64,000 nt of DNA. Origin: Microbotryum violaceum. Lineage: Eukaryota. Positions 24,701-37,545 of the stretch are shown piece by piece. A program made the translations under genes and the position numbers. The notes under the pieces were generated by a model. That model did not search any database and was not told where the DNA came from. It saw only the letters and a program-made list of their open reading frames with translations. The DNA lies in the NCBI GenBank assembly GCA_001244265.2, contig CDLV01000008.1:1116001-1180000 (forward strand), in the 5' to 3' direction. The stretch's first letter is position 1. Each line of letters starts with the position of its first letter.

Positions 24701-25154
24701 GTCAGGGAAGGGGATCGGCCAGTCGTCAAGCGGGTCAGCTCGGGCTCATCGCCAGCGGATCAGCGAAGTATCAGCGATCGCCGGCTGGGGGCTTGGGCCG
24801 GAAGGGGGGGGGGGGGGCTTCGGAGAGCGTGAGAAAGCAAGCTGTGCCTGGACGACGACGGACCTGTTTGGTTCGAACATCGCGTCTTGCGTCTTCTACA
24901 CGCATCACCTGTATCGTTCCAAGGGCAGATCACGGTCAGCCACGTTCACACGCCAGATTTCAACAAACTCGTGGTCGAGTCGACCTGATCGCAGCAGCGA
25001 CGGGGGACTCACAAGCGCGAACGGCGATGGGTCGCTTGGGTTCTGCAGCAGCTTTCGCCGGTGCGGTCGAGCTGCCCGTCGAGGACGGCGACGAGTCCGT
25101 GGCCAATGTTGAGCTCGAGGTGGACGTCGGGGCCCACGGTGCTGTGGGCATCAT
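21778..25154 (-). CDS. Zn(II)2Cys6 fungal transcription factor with Fungal_trans domain
   Basis: Spliced RACDACRRRKTRC...PCSYCSSNNVPCTY; LPPPDLLRKLIDAYF..LPILHRPSF; AVDVGCHRE...EDQLRKRAFHTLYSLDR..STNLGRP. Confidence 0.92.
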
Positions 25155-25900
25155 TCGTCACGCAGGCGCGCGGTCCTTGTCTTGACTGAATGGCGACAAG
25201 CCGGCGCAACACGTGAGCGCGTGAGAGATTGTGTGGGCGAGTGAAAGTGAGACGGAGGAGTGACGCTGCCTCGCCTCGGCTTCTCTCGGGTTCACACCTC
25301 TTCACACCGCACCTAGCTTGCCGGGAATTCGGGCAGAAGCTTCCCACGTTCAGAAGAAAGGTGGCCGAATCACCGGTAAAGCGCCTTTTCAACTTGCGAT
25401 GACAACGCAGATTGTGACATTTGCAAAAGCGGCTATAACCTCGGAAGCAAAGAATATATGAGAGCACACGGCTCTATTCAAGATTCACAAAGAAACCTTC
25501 AAAGGACAGTGGCAGAGGGGCAAACGAGAGGGTTCTACGAACGTGAATGGCACTTGATCGTAAGCTTAGTTGATGCCGAGACCGTCAATACCGTGACTTG
25601 AAGCTCTTACTGAAACACACATGTGATCTAGACGCGGGAAAGGGGGAAAAGAGGGGGGGGGGGACGACGACGACGAGCTGGGTAGACGCTGGACGACCAA
25701 ATCCGTCTCCAAGGGACGCGGTCAGCTAGGCCGAGCCAAAGCGAAGGAAGACGACCTTTTCGAGTGGAACAGAAACAACGTACAAAATGAATGCCGCCGG
25801 TAACAAACCCCCAGCGTGAAAAGGCGATAACGACAAGGGGTGGAGCGACCATTCGAGGCATGGACCCCATCACTACCAATCCCACATCGACAATGGGACG

Positions 25901-26305
25901 TCAGCGAAGGAGGCGTTTGCGGGAGGAGGCCTAATTCGTTAATGAATCTGGTGGCTTGACCCCAAGCAAAGCACGAACACTCACGCGACGACGGCGCAGC
26001 TTCTTCATGCCACTGTAGTTCATTCCACCAGACCAGCCGTTGGTGTCCATGCTCTTTTTCTTGCACAACTTGGAGTGGTGGTGCTTGGCCTGGGAGTTCT
26101 CCGCGTCGTCCGAGGCCGAAGGGGAGTCTTCGGATGCGGAAAGTTGGGAGGACGATAGGGTGGCACGTTTGGGATCGACGCTCGGGGTCTTGTTGGGTTG
26201 CTCAAGTTCATTAGAAGGGCCGACGTCGCGCACTTGCCGCAGAGGTACCGGCGCGGCGATGGCGAGAGCGGTATGGAACAGCAAGAAGCTCAAGCACAAC
26301 GACAT
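25901..26305 (-). CDS. Small secreted protein (about 116 aa, 2 exons), effector candidate with a polybasic C-terminus
   Basis: Signal-peptide-like MSLCLSFLLFHTALAIAAP. A 54-nt intron at 25931-25984 (GTGAGT...TTAAC...TAG) gives the C-terminus MKKLRRRRASSRKRLLR*. An upstream in-frame ATG exists at 26317. Confidence 0.65.
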
Positions 26306-27974
26306 GGAACAACGCATGATGGGCAGGGGCAGTTTGCGTCAAGGAAATAAATCGCGAGGGCCTGTGACTTGGGCCGGGTGGTGGGATGTCGAGAGGGCGG
26401 AAGCGGAGAGTGTGGTTCGCCAAGTGCTCGGAGCGAAGTCAAAAGACATATGCCGGTTGCGCAGTGTTGAGTGGATTCACCGCAAATGGTGGGATAGGGT
26501 GGGATGCATCGCCCTGTTAATTGCTCGAAAATTGGCTTTTTCCGCAACGGTTGACTCCCTCGAAGGTCTCCTTTCCTGAGGAAGCGAGGTAAACGTACCG
26601 AGACATGGTGCCTCCTGTTTCGTCGCGCCCGGCGGCCCCAGATTCGTCTGGCCCCTTGATAGGTAGCCCTAGTCAGCCGCCGAGAATAAGGGTAGTGTAC
26701 TCCTCAAGGTATCTGCCAGAACAACACTGACTTACCTATAACTCTAAGCCGAAACCCAAGGTGTTGGGTAGTGAGCATAGTGAGCAGTAGGCATTGCCTC
26801 GTTTTCGGGAAAAGGCCCTCGTGCGGTGTCACTCACCGCGAACGGCTCGTCGAAAGGGGCGAGTCGTTAGCAAGAATATGATCGAGCACCACGGTGTTTT
26901 TCTTCAGCGCCGCGCACGTGCGCGATTGTTATGGACCTGGAAGCAGAGCCCATTTCGCCGTTGCGGATGAATGCTGTTCGCGGCAGACGATCGGCTGTTG
27001 ATGAACATGACCTCACGAAAGTGCTTTTCCGAGCATCAGTCCAAACATGGCGTTGCCGCCCCTCGGTTTTGTTCACGACCAGGAGCACAGTTACAAAGCA
27101 CCCAGCGGTATACAATTCCGCATACGGTCAAATTTTTGTAAAAGGGTCGGGTCAACTCGCGATGAGGTGATCGATCCGCCGAGGAACAGAATTTCGAAAC
27201 GACTATAAAATTGACGAACCCGCGGCAGCGACGAGGCCCGAACCTGAGTACCTCATGAGTCTACCCGCATTCCGTCTTCAAGCGTCGTTCGGAAATTACA
27301 TAAGCCGAAAGGCTGGGCGAATACCGCAGGAGCAAGGGAGAAGTGTGTGGACAATAAAACACGTGCCAATAGATGACATGGCTTCAGTAGCTGTTGTCTG
27401 CTTTTTCTGCGAATCGCCGGCTCAAAACTCAAAGAACGAGGACTGCAGAACGCAGTGGTAGTCAAGTCGGTCGATCAGTCCGGCGGTCCATTTGGTGAAC
27501 CGTCCGCGGTCCATCGACTCGCAGACCGCTGAACATGGCCCCCAGCTTCTAGCTCCTGTCCAGCTAAACTGCGCTACATACTAGTACATAGTAGCCTCGT
27601 GGCCCCCGGGGCGGGGAAGGAGCACGTGGCTGCGGGGCAGCGGCGCTATCTCCAGAAAATGAGGGCGTTGAGAACGGAGTCGAATTTCAAGGCTGGGCTC
27701 CCCACACACTTTCGAAAGAAAAGCTTCAGGCCTAAAGAGCTTCAAGGATCCATCAGACCGGCAGAACCAGGGAGTTCAGATGCAGACGAGCGGATCACTC
27801 TGATTTCTTCACATGGAAATGGTGACGGAGAGACACTCGCCGGAAAGGAAGAGATCCGTGTCGGACAGTATCCTTCCAAGGATACATCGCAGGCCGCAAG
27901 GTGCATCCAGGCATTGGCAGGGCCGCAGTACTCCTTGGCCACGAAAGACTGATCAATCAATTCCATTTCAACAG

Positions 27975-30611
27975 CTAGGGATGGTCGTCTCGCTCATCTC
28001 TGGTCGCGAAAGCGCGATGGCTGATCCAATTCGGGACGTCAACCGGTCTACAGAGCAGGGTCACCACATTTCTTCTGACCGAACGAAGCTTGTATGGATT
28101 GCTGATCGGTGTGCCATCCGCTGGGTCGATGGCGCCGGAACGGTCACCCTTCGGTCGGAGCTGAGTAAGTACACAGCGCGCGTCAGAGCTGCAACGACAG
28201 ACAAATCTTCAAACTTGTGTCTAGAGACGCTTACCATCTCAATCGTGGTCCTGTTCGTCCATATCAGTCGGGCGTGGTACGTAAAGAGTCCAAAGATTGG
28301 CACTAACAGCGCGAATGCGATGACAGCGACAACGATGCTCCCAATGACATCCCAACGGGTGATCCAAGGCCTACGAAAGTCAGCGGCATTGATTGGATCG
28401 CGGGAGAGAGCCTGTTGGTGGCCGATGTGCCACGCTGAGAATGCGATGGCCCAAACGGCGCATAGGATCGCGGAAACGAGGAACGCTATGAAGGGGGTGT
28501 AGTTGCGCCGTCCGATGCACTGCAAAAGAAGTAGCATCGGTATACATCTCGAACCAGCGCGAAATCGATCAGATAGAGTCACTTACGTTGTTGAGAAAGG
28601 TACACTGCCGGGATTCATGCGCGCAGATAAGTGGATCAGCGACTTCGTTCGCAGCCACCACGGACCGACTCGGCCAAGGACTCACATGGTGGTCGGTGTG
28701 CTCAACGCAGTTGTCGCACAATCGACAGTGGCTCGCCCTAGGGGGTCGATACGTGTGACAAGTCTCGCACCATTTTGTCAGGACGAGACTCCCTTTGATA
28801 CGCAAGAACCTCGGCTCCACTTTGAGACCCGCGTGGCCTTCACCGTCGATGTCTTCGACCCATTTCGTGTCGGGGGTCGGATCAAGGTTGCGTGGAATGA
28901 TCCCCGGGTCAGTCCAGCACGTCTTGATCATGTTTGTCCACATCAAAGCGACGATATAGATGAAGAGGAAAATGCTGACTTTGCCGCCTGCACCGAGGTG
29001 GTGCCAGATAAACGAAGCGGAGAAAGTGAGGAACATGATTGGCATAATAATCGCCAACGCGAATGAAATGACGAAAGGTAAAAGGTCATCCCCCGAAGTG
29101 AGGAAACGGCCGCCGATGAAGAAGCGGTTTGAACCACCATGCAGTTGATAGTTGCGCAAAGGTTGACCGCGATCATCGAGGATGGGCTCGGCAGCAGGTG
29201 GGCAGAGCTGTGTGGGCGGCGCGGGTGTTGGCGGCAGAGACGAGGAGTGATGGTACCCTTGACGATCGTAGTCAAAGCAGATCAGTCGAGATCGGTTCCA
29301 GTCATCGGTCGACGGAGAGACCGGCGATTCTCGGCTTATTCCGTCGACTTTCACCGACGGGCGAGTACTTTTATTCGACGGGGCGATCGAGTGATCGCCA
29401 TTGCCAAAGATAGACATGCCCGTCAATACTCGACGGTCGTGGCGTCCACCATCGCACGAGGATGGGCGTATCCCAAAAATGGGCTCCCTCGACACCGTCA
29501 TGGTGACTCGACTGAGGATCGTGGGTGTGGTCAGTACGCTGGAGCTAAGACTGTCGTTCTTGCCTCGACTCGAGGCTGTCGAAAACGTGCGCCGTAGCTC
29601 GACCTCGTCGGGTATCGCATGTTGCTCGTCCCACTTCTGCACAGCTTCTTGGTCCCCTGTCCGCCGCTGGTGACTTAGACGCATCGAGGCTGTCCTTCCA
29701 CCGAGGGCCAAGTCCTCCTCGACCTCTTGTTGGGACATGTCGCTCGAGTTCCTCCTCATCGCGGCTGATGACGGGCTCGGCCGCAAGGAAGCAGACGCTG
29801 AGGGTGATCGGCTGTGCTGGAACTGCTGTTGATGAAGATTAGCAGGAGAGGAAAATCTGAATTGGTGTGTTTCACTCGTCGAGGTAGAGGAACTAGAAAC
29901 GGAAGCGAGATGAGGCGTGATCGGCGATATCGCTGGTGAGGAGATGCGGGTGATCAGGGGGCCCTTCGTTCTATTTTTTGGTATCCGAATTTCGCGACTT
30001 GTCGTAGGGGATGAAGAGATTGTTCCGCCCATCATGCTTGATCGCCAATTGTTTCGCGGCGACGGCGAACTAGACCGGGATGGGTCGCCAAGTCGGGGCT
30101 CCGAGCTCGAGACCCGCCCGGTTGAAGAAAGGAAGGCGCCATTCGCCGAGGCAGGGGCAGAGGGTCCCGGCGTGGACTGGTGATGAGCTGCCAGCAGCGT
30201 CGATCTGACGCCCGTGGGCTTGAGTAATGTCGAATTGGGCAGGATCAAAGTCGAATGGGCTTGAATTGCGGTAGATGGGGACGAGTGCGATTCATGTTGG
30301 ACCTGCGCCTCAGTCTGCAAGTCCGCCCGAAACATGCAAGGGGCCCGAGACACAGACAGAGACCCCGACGGAGACGACGAGCGAGTCATGGCCGTGTGGC
30401 GCTCCGTCGTAAAGGAAGCAGCACGAGGTCGATCGCCTTTGCGATACTCTGCTGTCGACGATGTCGTTAGAGACGTTGTTGAGCTAGCTCGTGACCTTGT
30501 TGGTGACATAATCCCGGGTGCTGCTGTTGCTGACGTCGCCTTCTCGCTGACGTGCGCGTTCGACATCATGGTGTCGAAGGGGCTACCGTCGCCTGTGGAG
30601 GTCGATGCCAT
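27975..30611 (-). CDS. ERF2: DHHC palmitoyltransferase, Erf2-like
   Basis: [78 protein letters not shown]; long Ser-rich N-terminal extension. Confidence 0.92.
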
Positions 30612-31022
30612 AATCCATCCAGTGCTGTCGGTGAGGGAGAGAGTGTAAGCCGATGAACGAAGGTTGCTCCAAGGGCAGGACGTGGACGAACGCGTTGGTT
30701 TACAGGAGAGCCTGTCGCTTCAGATCTGGCTTGAAAGACTAGCCAGGGGTGCATGCACGGGCGCCTAAAGTGACGAAACCAAGCTCAAAGATGCGAATGC
30801 CGAGCTGCTCGCCGCTCGGCACGTCACTCGGGGAGACTCGGGGGTTACGCGGTTACGTGCGCTCGGTCCTGCCGCGCCCCGACTCACCACTGACTCACCC
30901 AGCCTAATGCCGTCCCGCGGTTCGGCTTCGACAGGGATCCGAGTTTGGTCGCCCCTTCCTACCTGATCCCCTCGCAGCACATTCTTCAACCGCAATTGAT
31001 CTGATCGCACAAGGTATTACTA

Positions 31023-32087
31023 ATGACGGAGTTTTACACCGCTGGATCGACCGACAAGACGCCAGAAACGCACCGTCTCCACGCATTCGTTCCGACTCGT
31101 GTGCGATCTCGAGCCCGTTCGAGCCTTGGGCCAGGGTCTACATGCCGATGGTGGACAGTCAGTTACTTCAAACCGTTGAACTTATGCAGGAGCGGCGGTG
31201 CTGTTTTTGCTGATGCTCTTCCACCACAACGCCCTCATTCCCCACTTCCGCTCTACCACCTCCCGGCTGATCTCGCTTACCGCCGGCGCATGAAACTGTT
31301 CCGCGCTTTGCCACAAAAAGATTCAAGCAAATCAACAGCGACGACGAGCATCACAACTTTTTTTTCGATAGGTTTCTGACTAATCATGACATTGTTCTGA
31401 GTTCGCAGCTGGATCAACTTCACTGGAGGTCATTTCGAGGCCAGTTGGGGCACAGGGGTCGTGATGTGAGAACCAATTTGCCTCCCGCTCCACATCTCCT
31501 CGCGATCTTCGTCTTCATTCTAGAGGTTCCCAGCCCACTAGAGCTGATATCGTCCGTTTCACATCTTTCAGGCCCGGTGGACAAGACTCGCAGCACGTCC
31601 TTTCGCTTGACCATCCTTCGGCACCCTACTCGGCCCAATTGTCGACTCGCTACCTGCTGCAGACGACGAGCGATGAAGACGGTCCGCATTACATCCAAGT
31701 CCAAATCAGGGGATGGAGGACCGGACCTTCCGAGGTTATGGAACGACTTGCTGCGTCTGCTCGAGAGGGTTTCACCGGAGTCGCACCGACCGTCGAGGAG
31801 TACAAGTTCAGGTTGTTTTTGGAGATGGAGGTGAGGGGGAAAACGATTAGCGCGAATTCAGGATCGTACCATCTCTCGCCTCTGACCCAATTCGCCTCGC
31901 CACTCAACAGTGTGACGCGAGGGACACAAGTATGGATGGCTCAACACCGCCATGTGGGTGGGCAGCGGCATCAGGCTCGGAAGACAAGGTCGGTTCCTCC
32001 TCTCCCCGCCTCCACTTCGCTCTCACCGCTAATAGGGATTGTCGTCGAACCTTTGCAGTTATCTACGACGCCTACATGGTCGAATAA
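31023..32087 (+). CDS. DUF3237 (UPF0311) family protein, apparently frameshifted (pseudogene or assembly error)
   Basis: Exons encode FRLVCDLEPVRALG, WINFTGGHFEASWGTGVVMPGGQDSQ, YLLQT...GWRTGP...YKFRLFLEME and WLNTAMWVGSGIRLGRQVIYDAYMVE*. Frame breaks near 31075 and 31927. Confidence 0.8.
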
Positions 32088-32235
32088 TCCAATTCATCTC
32101 CATATCGTGAAATTCCAAATGTAATCGAATGTAATTGATTAGAATTCCAGGGTCTATTATACTGTACATCTGATTCCGGACACTGAAGGGATCGTTCTGT
32201 CGACTCTCTTATCATTCTGTCGACTCTCTTCCCGT

Positions 32236-34357
32236 TCATAAAGCTGTCCTTCTCGCGATGAATGGATCCGGTCTCTTCCATACGTCCAAGCATCTCCTCC
32301 ACTTCTTCTGCTCTTCCGTCGTCCCAACGAGCTTGAAATGGATCTTTATCACCTCGATTCCTGTGCAGTCGATCACGTCAAAAGTCAGAACTCATTTAAT
32401 TCGACACATTCTCAAGAAATGAGGAAGATTGCACCTTCTTCGTCCGCGTCGGGAACTTGCCATCTCCTATCCCAGCTCTCCCAAACCTCCCTCGGTACCA
32501 TCTCTCTCTCTTCCCCTCTTTCGAATGCTAATCTTTTGGCATACTTCTTCTTCAAAGGGTCGTAAGCAAGCGCACTCGGGCTCAGTGCTCTACACACCGT
32601 GTTATGTTTACAAAGCTCCCTGTCCGTCGTAAAGTGGAAAAGACGGACTTTGATCCCACCATGTGAGCGGCTAGATTGGTCCGCTGCGTCCATCGAAGAC
32701 CTCTCTCGACTAAGCTGCGCTATATGGCTGACGATCGAGGCGCGTAGGGATCGAGAGGGAAGGAGCAAGTCAATGACGCAGGACGGAGGGTATGGTGTGG
32801 ATAGGAAATGATAGGTTAAGAGCGCCAGTGCGTCGGGTAGCGAAGCATCGCCCTAGTTCACCCTCGGAAGAAGAAAGTTGAGCTCAGGAAATTCGATTTA
32901 CCAAAAAATTGCCAGCCACTTACGATGCGAAGATAGCCTTCTCCCTTGAAGTTGTCGCGGTAAAACTTGGTCTTTCCCGCTCCCGGAGGACCAATGAACA
33001 AGACCACTTCAGGTTCTTCCGCCGGTGCGACAATAAGAGGGGATGTTGAAGGTGAGAATAGTGGGCCCGTGTACGAGTAGTTGAGGGAAGGCCAACGGTC
33101 GGTGCGGAATGACCATTGCGAGGAAATCGGGCGACAGAGAAAGTACTCCTCCGGGGTGTAGAAAGGAAGATCTATGAAGGGCAAACACACCGGTGTTTCA
33201 AAATTAACCCCAATTTCTTCGCACATAACGGGACCCTTTCACGGACCGAGGTTGTGCGCGAACTCTGGGAAGCATGGGCATGGGCCGTATCAGCTAATCA
33301 GTTTCACTTGTGATGCGCGCCCTCGGTTCATGGAGGGGCCAGCGACTCACTTCGATCGATGTCCGTTGCGTCGGCACGAGGGCGCTGCTCCCGTGCAGGC
33401 CGTCCAGCCGAATCCCCGACGTAGAAGGACTGTGTAAGATCTATCTCGACGAGACAAAGAGACAAGGTCGTGGGTTCACTGGCGTCACGTCAATCATATG
33501 CGATAAACGTGGATGGGAAACTTTGCCGATCGGCGGCTCTCGCGACTACACTGAACTCACCAACTTCGACTCCCTCATTACAATATTGAACGAAATAGTC
33601 CCACATTCCAGTTGCCGGTTTTCTGTACATCGAATAATCGATTGCGGCAAATACATGGAATGGTACGTTCTCTAGCCCACGCTGCGCCATCATCGGGGGC
33701 TTGAGCCGAAAACTGTATTGAGATTTAGCCAAACCAGCTTGGTTCGAGAAGAAGACAATCGTATAGCTATGAAGGGATTTAGGGTACAAAGACGTAAGTC
33801 ATAGGTGCGATCGGCGATATGTGTCCTTCGGGGTGAGAGTAATATTCTGTGCTACGCACCCGTTCGCGTGAGCTTGGCGCAGCTTGGGCACCACCTGGGC
33901 ATTGAGCCAAGTCCAGTCGTTCTCATTGTCCGGGAATGTCTTATTCGGCCTCAGCGAGTCCTCGCGGTGGGTAATCAAGGTTCCATCAATCTGCAGGAAG
34001 TCAAAAACGAGCCCGCAGACGATTCATTGGTAGGCAGCTCATGTCACCTCGTGAACTGCAACTGCAGTGGACGAGAACTGACATCGAAAGCGGCGATCCT
34101 GGCCGATGATTTGGGTCGTTTCCACGTCGCATGCCAGCACGACGTGTTGCCCAACAGTTCTTCCTGAAAGTCGGAGTCGGGCAAAGAAAGGATCGAACAA
34201 GCGAGCTTGATGATCTTGCTCGATGAGGGAGAGGAGAAGGGAGATGTCGACACGCTCGCAGCCCGCTTGCCTGGCGATGGATCACTGGAGCATCAGTGCC
34301 GGTCGGGTATGTGAGCCAATCTGCTCTGACGGGCGACAACTCACCCGAGGTGCCCAT
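32236..34357 (-). CDS. Bifunctional polynucleotide 3'-phosphatase/5'-kinase (PNKP/Pnk1-like)
   Basis: HAD motif IAAFD|IDGTLI; YTIVFFSNQAGL; RKPATGMWDYF; SFYVGDSAGR; FYTPEEYF; P-loop GPPGAGKT; LCKHN. Start codon approximate. Confidence 0.9.
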
Positions 34358-36615
34358 AAATGATTGTCCAGGCCTATGTATTATATGTCCAGCATCGAAT
34401 AAACCCCTGGCCCAAGCAGCTCGGTCAGTTGCGACCAATCGACTGGCGAAACCGTGACGACCAAAGTCAATCCCGCGCGTCGACGCGTCGAGTAGCAGCC
34501 ACGCGCATGTTTCTAATGGCTCGCTTCGATCCCTGAAGCTGTCTAGAGCTGAGGGCTTGTTCAAGGAAACCAGTGGGATCCCGTTAAATTAACCGGCGGA
34601 TGAAACTCAAATCGGGGTTGATTTGAAGAACAGCCTACATGATTTGACTCAAAAGCTCTGCCCGTATTGAAATGACGTGCGGCGGCATTATGTGCTCCTA
34701 ATCACAGGGGCTATACTCATGCGCGGCGATTGAGGTTCAATTGTCGGGGCTCAGGATTAGTCTGTCACTACAAAGATCTGTTCGGCGCCTATCTCAACGC
34801 TGTTCAAGACAGCATCACTATAGTTGCAATTTAGACCGAGTTTCGTCAAATGGCAGAAATTATATATCCGCTGATGTCAGCATGTCATCCTTGGGCTGTT
34901 TGTTGTCGGAAGCAGGCTGCAGTGGGCTTTATTCATCGCGCACTTGGCAGAGCATGTCAAGGGAACAAGTTGGCTCGCAGGCACGTGATGAATCAAACTT
35001 GAGTGTTACAACTGCGGCCGCAAGGAGCGAAGCACATCCCCTGTCTTTCGAATACCGCCAGGGCATAGCCCGACTCGGAGCCTGGGACCCCGAGCACGAT
35101 CAGGCTGGCCGGGCCTGATTTGAGATGTGGGGCCGGTGGGCCGCACGGCCGCGAAATGACCCATACTTGGCGAGTAATCAAATCGAGGCTGTATGTACGG
35201 TCTATGATGATCGTATCAAAACCAGTGATCATCTCAATCCTCACCCGGCAGCTCGAGCCTCACTCGATGAAGCCCCTTCCTTCCTGCGCGCGAGGATCAT
35301 AGCATCCACATGATGTTTCTATTCTTCTCCAAAATACTTCGGAGGTTGAGAACGTCGGTTCTGTTCGAAGTCGATGCGCCAAGGACCAAGCGTGCTTGAG
35401 TCGTTGCCGCGAAGTTGGTGTGTCGCGAGTGACAGTGAGCTCGCCCCGTTTAGATCGAATCGCTCTCCTCCTCTTGGGCCCAGATTTGTACATTCACCAC
35501 CGAATTGCACATATGCTTCAAATTCACATCATCGTAGGCGAGGCGAGTCTCTCGGCGCGATCCGGGCAAGGTGGAGTTGAGCAGGGCCGAGTCTACAGAC
35601 GACCCGAGTGACCAGTCCTTCGGGTAACGAGGCGACTGCAAGTGTGAGCTGTGGCGCAACTCAGGACAAGCGGGGACGAGCGAGGACAAGTTGAGATGCA
35701 CGATGGGTGGGCAGGTTTTGGCAAGTCAGTATAGGCACCGGGCAGACGAGCAGAGCTGGCGGTCTTCGGGGTCGCGTATGTCCGTCGCAAGTCACGTGCT
35801 TCGGATTCACAGGCTCATGATCAGCGCGTCAGTGTGCCAAGCTTGTGCCGTAGGCCAGCCAATGAAAGAACATGAACATTTTCGTTGCTTATTGTCGTAA
35901 ATCCGAGAATTGACAGTGTCATCCAGACTGGCGAAGCTGATGTCACTACCACACTCGGGTTAGTGTAGTTGATCTGACGGACTTGTGGAGACTTGAGTCC
36001 ATGGAGTGGGCTAGACTTGCTACTGTCGGTAGCAACGTTGCTACCGGCCCAGGCTGTCGATCCGATAGGCTTTTTTTTTGCCGCGCGGTGCTATTAAGAT
36101 AATCCTTTCTTTTGTCTGCCCGAGGTGTGCTCACGTCCCTCCTCCGCACAACCCGAATCATGCGCTAATCGCACAGTCGCCGCCGCCAGCAACCTCAAAC
36201 AATCGCAGATCGGAAGCTCAGCGGCAACGAACGACGCCTTCGCGAGAAGCAGCAGCGCGAAACCGATCAAGACGACGTCGCGCAAACTGGTTCGTCAAGT
36301 CAACTGCACCGGCAGCAGGCAGTCTCAATGTCGCACGGCAAGTGCAACGGGCCTGCAGTTCTTCACCTCCAAGCTTGAGATTCGTACGTCCACTTGAACT
36401 TGAAGCAGTTCCAGACCTCGGGTAACCTCGGCCAGTGCGCCAATTCCGCCGTTAGGGGCCCCACGGCACTGGGCTTCACTCCACGACGTTCCGCGGCCTT
36501 CCCCGACATTCTATGAGCCCGGTGGCTTCTCCATCTTTCTCCCTCCTGCTCTTCACCCCTTACCCATCGCCACTCATGACTGAAGCCCCAACACAACCAT
36601 CTTACAACATCGCGG

Positions 36616-37288
36616 ATGGACGAAGTAGTCAAGTTACCCGAAGGTACCTATGGCTACGCCGTCCTGGCCCAGGACACGGCTCAAGTAATTGTCACAATAC
36701 TTGGAAAGATCGTTTCGATTGATTGATCCCTCAACAGGGATGCCTCCCGTGTAGTGAGTTTTCTCAAGAAATGGCTGCCGCATGCAGCATAGCTACGGAT
36801 TCGAGTGAGTAACTTCTTGAACTGTGCTCTTGGTGTGTTGTTGAGAACCTAATGGAAAACTACCAAGCAGAAATTCCCTTCAATACGTCTTCTTTGAATG
36901 TCAACCCTCGAGTCGTTTCTCTTCACCATCAGCTGGTGACACTGCACGCGTGAGTTATCCCTTGACGTGGCTGTGCAGTCTTAGATATGACGGAAAACTG
37001 ATACGAGAACAGACATTGGGCGTCAGTGACACAGCGAAAGAATTGACTTCGTACGGTTAAGATTCCGGGTCATTGCGACATTTTCATGTGAGTCTTCACT
37101 GCCATTGCTACAAATGGACAACAGCAAGAATACTGATAGTTGCACGACGTCTCGGAGGTCTGAAGGCCAGCAACGACGTCGTCAACGGGAAAGGCTCGAG
37201 CGAGAGCGTTCCGGTCCGGTCCCACACAGCCGAACCCTGCCTCTACCGCATCAACGTCGACGAATCAGTCTACTTCCAGAAGATCTAG
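36616..37288 (+). CDS. Putative micro-exon gene (8 exons; first seven are 9-28 nt), function unknown
   Basis: Donors GTACCT 36644, GTGAGT 36754/36805/36950/37088, GTCAGT 37022 and a weak GTCTTC 36887. The spliced frame stays open for about 90 aa. Two introns are only 39-40 nt. Confidence 0.4.
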
Positions 37289-37333
37289 GGCACAACGATT
37301 GCGGAGACTCAGGGAAAGGCAGCAAAATGATCC

Positions 37334-37545
37334 TGTCAATCAATCACCTCCACGCAGCCAACGTCCGACGTCCACTCTGTCCCGCAGCGGCGGCGGCGGG
37401 CGCGGGCTAGCGTCATTGGCACGGATGAAGCAAGCTCGTAGAGCTTAACCTCGAGTCCCTTGATAAGCGCCAAGCCTGGCCTCAGGGCGAGTATAAAAGC
37501 GCCCCCCCCCCTTCTCACCTCTCTCTCTCTCTCCTTCCTTCTTCG
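37334..37545 (+). mobile_element. Possible truncated LTR-like fragment or TATA promoter
   Basis: Starts TGTCA; TATAAAAG at 37492 followed by C10 and a CT-rich tract. No CA terminus, TSD or partner LTR seen. Confidence 0.3.

Noticed and set aside
27868..27885. 8-bp inverted repeat GTATCCTT-CC-AAGGATAC downstream of ERF2
   Set aside because: Short enough to arise by chance in 64 kb, with no supporting context.
29200..30611. Very long Ser-rich N-terminus of ERF2
   Set aside because: Common in filamentous and basidiomycete Erf2 orthologues.
34700..34760. tRNA-like start (GGGGCTATA...GGTTCAA)
   Set aside because: No cloverleaf or acceptor stem can be built.
35160..35640. Degenerate minus-strand coding-like stretch
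   Set aside because: Multiple stops and no recognisable motif, so it cannot be assigned.
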